Assembly (NCBI RefSeq): GCF_006345805.1
Contig: NC_043002.1
Coordinates: 117,366,001-117,430,000, forward strand
Reading direction: 5' to 3'
Length of the DNA: 64,000 nt
Source: Octopus sinensis
Lineage: Eukaryota
The translations under genes were made by a program, and so were the position numbers. Each line of letters opens with the position of its first letter. Within the stretch, counting starts at the first letter, position 1. The notes beneath the pieces were generated by a model. The model saw only the letters and a program-made list of their open reading frames with translations, was not told the DNA's origin and did not search any database. Shown here in pieces: positions 28,598 to 40,600 of this stretch.

Positions 28598-29114
28598 AGA
28601 GTATTATAGTTTGCCTGAAGCATTGTGTATTGTTTGTAAAGAATAAAAGGTTTTGAATGGACTATATATCTGTGGAAATTTAGTCATCCATAGTCTGATG
28701 ATATTTTGGAATAAAATTCCTTAAGATATTCTTAGATGGAGTCAAAAAATAAATAAATAAATAGCAGCGAATCCATCTAAGAATATCTGAAGAAGGAATT
28801 TTATTCTGAAATATCATCAGACTATGGCTGACTAAATTACAACAGGTATATATCCCATTGTCTGTATTATAGTGCATTGTTGTACCATTCAAAAGTTTAT
28901 ATATATACATGTATGCATTTTTTTTTCAAAATGTAACCACATGTGAATCGTTGGCGATTTTCTTCCTCCATCTTCCTTTCTACTGGACTTTCCTCTGTTT
29001 CTGAAGAAGAGCATTGCTCAAAACGTTAAACCATCTTGCTTTCCTTCCCTGAGTGGCTGCTAGTACTTTACATGCACCACATTTTTTTTTCTTGTGTTCT
29101 TCGTTTTGGGGATT

Positions 29115-29180
<66 letters not shown>

Positions 29181-32100
29181 AACCCCCAAAACGAAGAATT
29201 TTGGGGATATATATATATCATCATCATCATCGTTTAACGTCCGTTTTCCGCGCTAGCACGGGTTGGATGGTTCGACCGGGGTCTGGGAAGCCAGAGGCTG
29301 CACCAGGCTGCAGTCTGATCTGGCAGAGTTTCTACAGCTGGATGCCCTTCCTAACGCCAACCACTCCGTGAGTGTAGTGGGTGCTTTTTATGTGCCACCT
29401 GCACAGGTGCCAGGAGGGGTCCGGCATCGGCCACGTTCGGTTGGAGCTTTTAACGTGCCACCAGCACGGAAACCAGCTAAGGCGACGCTGGCAACGGCCA
29501 CGTTCAGATGGTGCTTTTTATGTGTCACTGGCACAGAAGCCAGTCGGGGCGGCGCTGGCATCGGCCACGTTTGGATGGTGCTTTTTATGTTCCACCGGCA
29601 CAGAAGCCAGTCGAGGTGGCACTGGCAACGACCACATCCGGATGGTGCTTTTTATGTGCCACCGGCACAGGTATCACAACTACTATTTCCATTGATATTT
29701 ATATTTATTTCGATGTTCATGTACTTGACTCAACAGGTCTCCTCAAGCACAGCGAGACGTTCTGGGATCCAGGGTACTTTGAATGGGCAGGGGCTATGTG
29801 GAACTGGAGCCGGAAGCATCCTGGGTCTTTGTAGTCACAGCACATCTCCAGAGATCTCGGTCCTTCGCCATTGCCTCAGTGAGGCTCAACGTTCTGAGGT
29901 CATGCTTGACCACCTCATCCCATGTCTTCCTGGGTCTACCTCTTCCCCTGATACCTTCAACTGTTTGGGAGTGGCACTTCTTCACACATCTCTCCTCATC
30001 CATCCGCAGTACATGACCATACCATCGCAAGTGTCGCTCTTGCACACCACATCTGATGCTTCTTATGTCCAGCATTTCTCTCAGGGTGCTTAGACTCTGT
30101 TGTGCGTGCACACTGACATTATACATCCAGCGGATCATGCTAGCTTCATTTCTTTCAAGTCTACGCATGTCCTCTGCAGTCACAGCCCATGTTTCACTAC
30201 CGTGAAGCATGGCAGTTCGCACACATGCATCATACAATCTACCTTTCACTCTGAGCGAGAGACCCTTTGTCGCCAGTAGGGGTAGGAGCTTTCTGAACTT
30301 TGCCCAGGCTATTCGTATTCTAGTAGTGATACTCTCTGAGCATCCACCTCCACTACTAACTTGGTCAGCCAGGTAGCGGAAACTATCAACTACTTCTAGT
30401 TTCTCCCCCTGGAGTGTGATGGAATCTGTTTTCTGAGTGTCTGTGGTGTCTATTGTCCCTGTGCATCTGCTGCACATGAAAGCTATCTTATCAGTTAATT
30501 TCCCTTTGATGTTGCTGCACCTCTTATGCGTCCATAGCTTACACTGGGTGCATCTTATGGAGTTTCTACCTACACCTTTCCTACAGATCGAGCAGGGCCA
30601 CCTGCCCGAGGGTGTGTGTGCTGAGTTCGCTTTCTGCTTACTATAACTTTGGTCTTTGCTACATTTACTCTAAGGCTCTTTGATTCTAACCCTTGCTTCC
30701 ACACCTGAAATTTCTTTTCTAGTTCCGGTTGTGATTCTGCTATGAGAGCCAGGTCATCAGCATAGAGGAGCTCCCAGGGGCATCCTGTTTTGAATTCCTC
30801 TGTTATTGCCTGGAGGATTATGATGAATAAAAGGGGACTGAGGGCTGAGCTTTGGTGTACACCTACTTCTACGCGGAATTCTTCACTATATTCGTTGCCA
30901 ATCCTAACCTTGCTGACAGCCTCTCTGTATAGAGCCTGTACAGCCCTTATTAGCCATTCATCAATTTCCAGTTTCCGCATCGACCACCAGATAAGGGATC
31001 GGGGAACCCTGTCAAAGGCTTTCTCCAAGTCCACAAAAGCTATGTAGAGGGGTTTATCTTTAGCTAGGTACTTCTCCTGCAGTTGTCGGACCAGGAATAT
31101 AGCATCAGTGGTGCTTTTACCCGGCACAAAACCGAACTGCATCTCATCTAAGCAAATTCTCTCCCTAATGAGATGGGTTATGACCCTCTCTGTGACCTTC
31201 ATCACCTGATCCAACAGTTTAATACCCCTGTAGTTATTTCTATCTAGGGCATCACCCTTACCCTTGTAGCAGTTGACTATGGTGCTGCTACGCCAGTCAT
31301 TGGGTATGACTCCATTGTGAACTACCTGGTTTACAATACGGGTGACTAGGCCATAGCCCACATAGCCAGCTGTTTTAAGCATCCCAGCAGTGATTCCTGA
31401 TGGGCCGGGGGCTTTACCTGTTTTCATATCCTTAATTGCCTTAACTACAAGGGAGCTGTCTATTCGGATAGTTGGTCCCTCTACTGGGTCAACATTTGGC
31501 AGACTCTCCTCCTCCCATTCATTCTCCCCATTCAGCAGTCTTTCATAATGGCTTCTCCAAGCCTCTTTCTTTTCACCAACATTAAAAGCAAGTGCCCCAT
31601 CATCCATGCGGACACATTTCTCTCCTGTAACATCACTATTTTCTCTCACACACTGTCTGGCAATCCGAAATATCTCAGCTCTTTGGTCCTCATGTTGCAG
31701 GACATTGGCAAACTTCTTCTTTTCTGCTACATCTTTGGCTATGTATACCTGCCGCCCAGCCTCCCTTTTGGCTATATATATAATTATTTTGATATGCATA
31801 TTTCCATGCTCTCATGGGTCATGCAAATTTTTCTACTACTGGATATTCTTCCTGTCACCAGCCACTCACCTGTTTCCAAGTAAGCTAATATTTCCCCACA
31901 ACCAAACATGTCTCTTGAGATTGGAAAAAAGGACACCATTTACATGGTGACCCTTGCTTACAACTGTCACACAATGTCAGATGCAAAGAGGCAGTAGTGC
32001 TCATGTGTGCATGCATATGATGGGTTCTTTTTAGTTTCTGTATATCAAATTTACTCACAAGGCTTTGGTCAGCCCCAAGGCTGTAGTGGAATAAACTTGC

Positions 32101-32730
32101 CCAGAGAGAGAGAGAGTTTATTCCAGAGTATATTATTAGAATCAAATTATTTCATAATGCATTTTTACACATTCTAAAATACATTATTACATTACCAATT
32201 TCATTTCTCATGGCAGAGGACTGTTGTAATGTACCTATGTAACGTTTGGCTATTAGCTTTCATTTAAGATATAGTGTATTGGCAGTAGCCTCAATATTAT
32301 AAATTCACTAGGTAATAAGGGAGGTAATGTTATGTGTTTTGAATAATTGCAGAGCAGTGGATAAATATATTTTCACAAACATTGGTATTTAAATTAAAAA
32401 TAAATGTCAAAATTATCAATTTAAACTCACTGTATATTTTTCAATAAAAAATTTCTGTATTAAATATTTGTTGAGTTTAGATTAATTGAAATAAACACAG
32501 AGCATCTCAACAGAAATATGGTAACAAAAGGGTTAAAGTAAATGAGTGAATTTTGCTGTTGGCTGGTAGGAATGATGACAGCTGTTTATATTTGTCTCAT
32601 AAAAAGGAGTGGGAGAGACTTTCTAAACGTAAAGCTGATACTATATAAAAAATATTAAATACAACAATTATAATTTTTAGAAAATATATAATTAGCTTGA
32701 ATGTAAATACAGGTATATTTATTAATAGAA

Positions 32731-32767
<37 letters not shown>

Positions 32768-35700
32768 TCCTAATAATAATTACAACCTATGGTAGGTAAT
32801 ATTAGGATCTGTAGGTATTAGGCTGATGATCATAAAGTCTTAGGTTCAATTCTTGGATTGTACAATATGTTGTGACCTTGAGTAAGGTTCTTCATTTTAC
32901 ATTGCTCCCATCTACTCAGCTGAAGATTAGCACCAGGCTACTGCTGGTACAGCCATCTCTCATTCCAACTGCCACATCCTTGATATTCTGCTCTGTTAAT
33001 GAGTTGGTGAGCCAATATGATGTCTGTGTCTCCTTGCAACTGCATAGGCACCTAAAACAATTAACAAAAACATGTTACGTGCTATTGGGTCATACTCACT
33101 TGTCACAGTGATGGCTATGAATTTTTTGTTTTCCTTTTTAAGAGCAGAAAGAGGGTGAAGATATATGTAATAATATGTAACAAAAATGTTAAATTTTGGG
33201 GAAATCAGTGTTTGTACATTTTATTGCTTTGAACATGTTACAAAGTCAAGTTTTCTGCATTTTCCATTTCACAAACTAATGCATTGAACTTATGAATAAT
33301 GATTAGATCATTTTTTACCTAATACAGGCTCAACATGAATTTTTCAAAGCCTTTCTGGATTACTGATTTTTTTTTTTAAATTCAGGAGTGATCGCCTTGA
33401 TCAACACACTCTAAATTAAACAAATCTTAAATTTGCTTAAGTAGGTGCAGGAATGGCTGAGTGGTAAGACACTTGCTTCCCAATCACATGGTTCTGGGTT
33501 CAGTCCCACTGTGTAGTACTTTAGGCAAGTGTCTTCTACTATAGCCTCGGGCCAACCAAAGCCTTGTGAATGGATTTGGTACATGGAAACAGGATGAAAC
33601 CCACTGTATATATATGTGTATGTGTCTGTCATCCATCACCACTTTACAACTGGTGTTGGTGCATTTACATCCTCATAACTTAGCAGTTCAGTTAAAGAAA
33701 CTGATAGAATAAATATCAAGCTAAAAGTACTGGGGTTGATTTATTTGTCTAAAATCCTTCAAATGGGAAAACTTTTACTAAGACTTTTGTAGTGTTACAA
33801 TAGGACCAATGAGAGCATTATTTGAGCTGTGCACACAATTTTAAGTAACATTGAAGTTGCTGCCTTCTTGTCACAAAATTTACGCCATGTTTGCTGACAG
33901 CTGAATAAAACCAGAATCAGATCAGCCAGATAATCATGACTTGTTTTCTCATTTGAATGCTGATGAAAATGTTTTGAGAATGGCATTACAGGTGGTAAAA
34001 TGTGGCTGTGATGTCAAAACAAAAAAGACACTAATTATAGTGGTTTGGTGTCCCCCCCACCAAAAAAAGGAAAAAGCAGTCACTGAAATGCAAAAGGGAT
34101 CTTGAATTTTGTTTTTAATTAGTTTCACATGATTTAGAGCAACACGATTCAGAAAGAAACCTAGCTGTCTCTTTCAATATATCGAAAGCAACATTTTTTC
34201 CTGAACCCATAAAATAATACTGTAAACAATTTATTTTGTTTGTGTTGATCCCCAAAAATCTTATGTGGACTCTGTTTCAGAATCACTGCTTTAGAGCAAG
34301 AATAATCCTGCTGCCCTATTCTCTGGATTTGGCCCTTACAAACTTTCTGTTCTCAAATTTGAAACCCACAGAAGAGATGAGGGAAAATTCTCGGTGAAAA
34401 CTGTTTTACTAGTGAAAGCAGGTTCCCAAACTGGAAAAGATGTTGGTAGCAGGGTAATTAAATTGTGTACAAACAAAGAGTTAGATTTCTTTTTGAACAG
34501 ACATTGTGTATTTCTTTTTGATCTATTAGTCCAATTTATTTTAAACCATCTCTTAAAATTTATTCTTTTTGTTTTGCAGTACCAAATAGCTCAATTATAT
34601 TCAGTAGCTGAAACAAGTAAAAAGGAAACTGGAGGTGGAGAAGGTGTTGAAGTATTAATGAATGAACCATTTACTGCAACTTCACTTTGTCCTCCTGACC
34701 CATTATGTGCAAATAACAAAACTTATACTGAGGGCCAATATACACACAAGGTGTACCATTTGAATGAGTAAGAAAACTGAACATTTTTTACTTGCTTTAT
34801 TTTTAATAAATCTCAACTTTTGAATTGTGCATGTAATGGTGTAATGGTGCTGAGAAATTTTAATTTTAAGATTTAAGTCTTGTGATGTTAAAATGAAAAA
34901 AATTCTTAATTCTTTAGTGACTATATATACAGCAAAATTCACTGCTTGTGTGTTTCGATAAAATAAATAATGGGTTTGGTGTAGTTTATCAAAATATCAC
35001 TTTTATTTATTGATATATTAAACCTGATGCTTGTAACGAATATAATTACTTACTGAAAATTATGGTAAGCTTTAATTAGAATATGAATATTTTAAAGCAT
35101 GCAGTTTTGATTCATCTGAAGTGGTGTCTAGTGGATCAGGATTATACATTGTAATTGTGTGTCATGAAAATTTTGTGCATCAAAGAATTATATATTTGTA
35201 AAGCCAATTATTTTACATGTTTAATTGCAATTGCTTGTTTTAATTATTTTTTATTTAATTCTCAGTAAAGTGCCACATATAATTAAACTTATAGCACCAA
35301 AGGGTTCACTGGAGATCCATGAAAAGGCCTGGAATGCTTACCCTTATTGCCGAACAGTAATCACAGTGAGTTGTTTATTTGAGTTCAGCAAGTTTCTTAT
35401 GATGACATTGTTTCTGTTCATTTTCTAGAATATGACTGATTGATAATTGTTTTAACCTTTTAGCATTCAGATTACTCTGTCAAATGTTATTCACATTATT
35501 AAAAATTTATCGAACTTTTTCTCACAGCTTTGAAATTTCGATGATGTGATTATTTATTTTTAGAATGACATTGTAGAGTAAGTGTGAGAGGCCTGATCTG
35601 TCCGGTTTGAGTACTAAAGGGTTAATTACAATAAAGAAATAATTATTGGGTGATTGAGCTTTAATATAATGGAATTTTAAGAGTATATTCAAGCAGACAG

Positions 35701-37551
35701 CTATTTAATTAAGTACCTTATAAATGTTCTTATGTTGACATTTTATATAAAAAGTTAAATCCCACTGACAATTTTCAGTGCTAAATTACAATTTGGTATG
35801 TATATTTTACACATTTTTTGGTTTTGTGGTGAAATATAAAGTCTCTATGAGAATATATAATGAAAAACAGTATTTTCTGCTTGAAGAGTTAACATTTTTT
35901 TTCTGGTTGTACTTTATAGTTATGTAGTTGAAACTTATATTAAAAATAAAAAAAAAAAAAAGACACTGAACAAATTATAATCTTACATTTTTCTTCCTGC
36001 AATTCATACAACTGCATTTTCTAAAATAAGTTATTTTTTAATGTAAAATAGACTCTCCTTCATTTTCTACAATCTTCTTCTATCTATCTGGTTGACTTGC
36101 AAGGCCCCTCTTCCAAAATTCATTTGTCCGTGATGAAAAGTACTCCTCCAGTACTGTTCTGATCTCGTCTACACAATTCATATTTTTTCCGTCCAAGTGA
36201 TTTTGAAGACTGGAATTAATGGTAATCAGATAGGGCAATGTTTCGCAAATATGGTAGGTGGGGCATCGTTTCCCATTCAGACTGCTCCATCCTTTGGAAT
36301 GTCATCCTCACTGTATGTGGCCAAGCATTATCTTGATGAAAGAACACCTTTCATCTTGAAACCAAAGATGGCCGTTTTCGGATGGCATGTAGGTGTCGAT
36401 GAATGGTTGAATGACCTAAACCAATCTTCTCTGCTAGTTCCTCAACAGTTACAATAGGATTTTGTTCCACAAGGGTCTGCAGAACATCCTCATCAAGTTC
36501 TACAGATCTTCCAGGATGAGGCTCATCTTCTAGGCTGTAGTTTCTGGCTTAGAATTTCTGAAACCATTGTTCACACTGGCTTACTATCCAATTTCTATAT
36601 ACTGCATTAATATTCCTCACACTTCCCATTGCATTGTTGCCTTTATTGAATTCATAAAGCAAAATATGCCAGCTATGCTCCTTTGTTACTGCCATTATAG
36701 CTTTGAAAAAATAACTATTATAATCAAATTGCACTCTTCAAAACTTGCACTAAGAATAAGGACAAGGTAAAATTACTACCTGCTTTTATAGCAGGTTTAT
36801 GCAGGTAGTTTACCCCATCCTCCTCTGAAATACTTCAAAATTAAAATTGGAGATATTGTAAGAAGAATCTAATTATTTCTGCTTCAGAACTACAGCATAC
36901 CAATTTTGTAAGCAGTTGATAATACTGACTTGCTTTCATCTGAATCATGATATCCCTGTTAGTAGATCACTTTACACTATCAAATAATAAGTTCAAATAA
37001 TTTTAAAAATATCTTTATTTTAAACATCTTTAATTAAGTGAAGCAAATAGTTTATAACTTTTGTTTTCCTCTGAATTTAGGCAACAGATTCATAGATGTT
37101 TTCATGTTCTTGACTTGTCTATTGATTGATATAGCAAATCATGATTCCTTAATTATATTCAATATGTGAATATTTATTCAGTCCTCTTATGAGTTTCTAG
37201 TCTGTTTTCTGAAGTAGTGAAAGAACTCAAGCTCGACCACTAAATGTAGTTGAAAGCTCATGCATTTTTATGTTTATACTGCTGCATTGACTAAACTCTT
37301 CAGGGTGGGGTACTAGCATGGCTGCAGTCCAATGATAAAAAGTATATAATACACAAAATATATATAATATACTGTGGTACATTAGTGCTAAGTCGATAGA
37401 TACAATTTCAGATTTTATTTTAAAAAAATTGTGTATGTAGGTACATGCATTGCTCTGTGGTTAAGAAGTGCAATTTGTAACAGCATGGTTTTGGGTTCCA
37501 TCTCAGTGTGGCACATGGAGTAACTGTCTTCTCTTGAACCTGCAGCCATAG

Positions 37552-37608
<57 letters not shown>

Positions 37609-40600
37609 AGAGTATTGTAGTTAGCTTGAAGCATTGTGTATTGTTTGTAAAGAATAAAATGTTTTGAATGGTACAACAATGCACTATAATACAGACAATG
37701 GGATATAAGAACTGTTGTAATTTAGTCAGCCATAGTCATCATCATCATCATCATTTAGCGTCCGCTTTCCATGCTAGCATGGGTTGGACGGGTCAACTGG
37801 GGTCTGTGAAGCTGGAAGGCTTCGTCATGAGAAGTGAGTGAGGTCTGCCATGTCTCAATCTCGTGTGTGCTGGTACATCCGTAGCGCTGCTTCTAAGTTT
37901 CGTGTTATACGTGCAGTTTCCTTTTTTTCTTGTTATAAACTACAGATGAGCATATTATCAAAAATGAACCTACACGTATTCAGATGTATCTAAATAATGT
38001 ATTGATTACCAACCTCCAGCCTGTTGTTAATTTGGGGCCCTATGTATGAGTATAGCTTCCTTAATTCTTAAATTACCCAAATTTCTTATGCCAAAAATGA
38101 ACTTGCACGCATCTAGAGTAAGTGCAGCAGAATGGAGGACAAGGTAACCCACACTACACGCTTCCTAGATATATTGAAAACCAACGGGTACCCTAGATCC
38201 ATTGTAAATCAAATTAAGTACTCAAGACGACCAACACACTGAACACATAGAAAACCCAGTAACACATGCTTCCTTAAAATACCCCATTTTAGCGAGAAGA
38301 TAACTACATCCTTCCAAAGAGCCATAAGAAGAGAAGGGCTAGACATACAACTAGCCCACTCCGGCCCCTCTCTGAGAGGATACCTCACTAAAAAACAAAC
38401 GAAGGACAACAATCAAGGTACACTAACAAACTGTCCCATCCATGACACAGATTTATGCCAACAGGTAAATGTTGTGTATAGAATACAATGTAAGAAATGC
38501 AACAAGTTCCATGTGGGTAGCACAACAAGACCGTTACACATTCGCATCAACGAACATCTGAACACGAGAGCTTCCTCCTTCAGAAAACATTGAGACAGAT
38601 GCTGGAACACCGACAAAAGCGTAGCAGTCGCAATTGAGGCCAATGAAAGAAATTTGGGTAATTTAAGAATTAAGGAAGCTATACTCATACATAGGGTCCC
38701 AAATTAACAACAGGCTGGAGGTTGGTAATCAATACATTATTTAGATACATCTGAATACGTGTAGGTTCATTTTTGATAATATGCTCATCTGTAGTTTATA
38801 ACAAAAAAAAAAGGAAACTGCACGTATAACACGAAACTTAGAAGCAGCGCTACGGATGTACCAGCACACACAAGATTGAGACATGGCAGACCTCACTCAC
38901 TTCTCATGAGGAATTCCGGAAGGAGCATCATGAGACCACTGCTGAGATGCTTCCAAAAAAGAAAAAAGAAAAGCCATTAGAAAACCAATTATAGCAGCAA
39001 CTCCATCTAAGAATATCTGAAGAAGGAATATTATTCTGAAATATCATATCAGACTATGGCTGACTAAATTACAACAGGTATATATCCCATTGTCTGTATT
39101 ATAGTGCATTGTTGTACCATATATATATATATCATCATCATCATCATCGTCGTTTAACGTCCGTTCTCCATGCTAGCATGGGTTGGACGGTTCGACCGGG
39201 GTTCTGGGAAGCCAGAAGGCTGCACCAGGCTCCAGTCTAATCTGGCAATGTTTCTACAGCTGGATGCCCTTCCTAACGCCAACCACTCCGTGTATATTTT
39301 GTGTATTATATAGTTTTTAGATGTTTTAGTCATTGGACTGCAGCCATGCTGGGACCCTACCTTGAAGAGTTTAGTCAAACAAATTGACTGCTGTTATTTT
39401 TTAAGTCTGATACTTCTCCTGTCAGGCTCTTTTGCTAGGCAGTGGTGGGGGGAACAAATACACACACACACACATGTTAGTCTTACACACAGTTTCTGTC
39501 TGCCAAATTCACTCACAAGACATGGATTGGTCTGGGGCTGTAGGAGTAAAAACTTGCTAAAGGCACCACACCGTGGGACTGAACCTGGAACCTCATGGTT
39601 GCAAAGCAAGCTTCTTCACTACACAGCCATGTCTGCACTTCTGTATGTATATATATATATATATGTGTGTATGTGTGTGTGTATATGTATACACACACAT
39701 GTATATGTACACTCCTCCCATTGTACTTTAACCTACCTCTCAAATACTTCACATAGAGCAACCATTCTATCTCATATTTTCCCTCTTAGTTGGGAGGACT
39801 CTTTAGTCTTGCAAGTTACAAGGCAAACTCACTGGTGCTGATGCCATTAAAATGCCACCCAGCCAAAACTGAGACACTGGAGTAATGTTTTCCTCCACCC
39901 CATTTGATCCTGTCAAAACATCCAGCCTGTGCCAACATGGAAACTGAATATAAAATCAATGATGAGATATAGAGGGGGAGAGAAAGTGAGATTTTGGACC
40001 AGGTGTGGGATTTTTTTTTTTTTTAAGAGAAATGTGTGTGTGAATGATTTTTTTTTTTTTAAGAGAAATGTGTGAGTGAATGACTTTTTTTTTTAGAGAA
40101 ATGTGTGTGTAAATGATTTTTTTTTTTATTAGAGAAATGTATGTGCGAATGATTTTTTTTTTTTAGAGAAATGTGTGTGTAAATGATTTTTTTTTTAGAG
40201 AAATGTGTGTGTAAATGATTTTTTTTTTAGAGAAATGTGTGTAAATGATTTTTTTTTTTTTAGAGAAATGTGTGTGTAAATGAGTTTTTTTTTAGAGAAA
40301 TGTGTGTGTAAATGATTTTTTTTTTAGAGAAATGTGTGTAAATGATTTTTTTTTTTAGAGAAATGTGTGTAAATGATTTTTTTTTTTTTTAGAGAAATGT
40401 GTGTAAATGATTTTTTTTTTTTTTTAGAAAATGTGTGTAAATGATTTTTTTTTTTTTTAGAGAAATGTGTGTAAATGATTTTTTTTTTTTTTTAGAGAAA
40501 TGTGTGTAAATGATTTTTTTTTTTTTTTTTAGAGAAATGTGTGTAAATGATTTTTTTTTTTTTTTAGAGAAATGTGTGTAAATGATTTTTTTTTTTTTTA

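Noticed and set aside
33444-33520. tRNA gene
   Set aside because: It has A/B-box-like motifs but no intact cloverleaf, and it continues into a dispersed SINE body.
34394-34579. Upstream extension of the ORF containing exon 3
   Set aside because: It has no PITP similarity and ends in a pyrimidine tract plus AG, so it is intronic read-through.
38900-38940. CTCATGA-GGAATTCC-GGAA as a hammerhead in the PLE arm
   Set aside because: It has two core mismatches and no convincing stems I or III.
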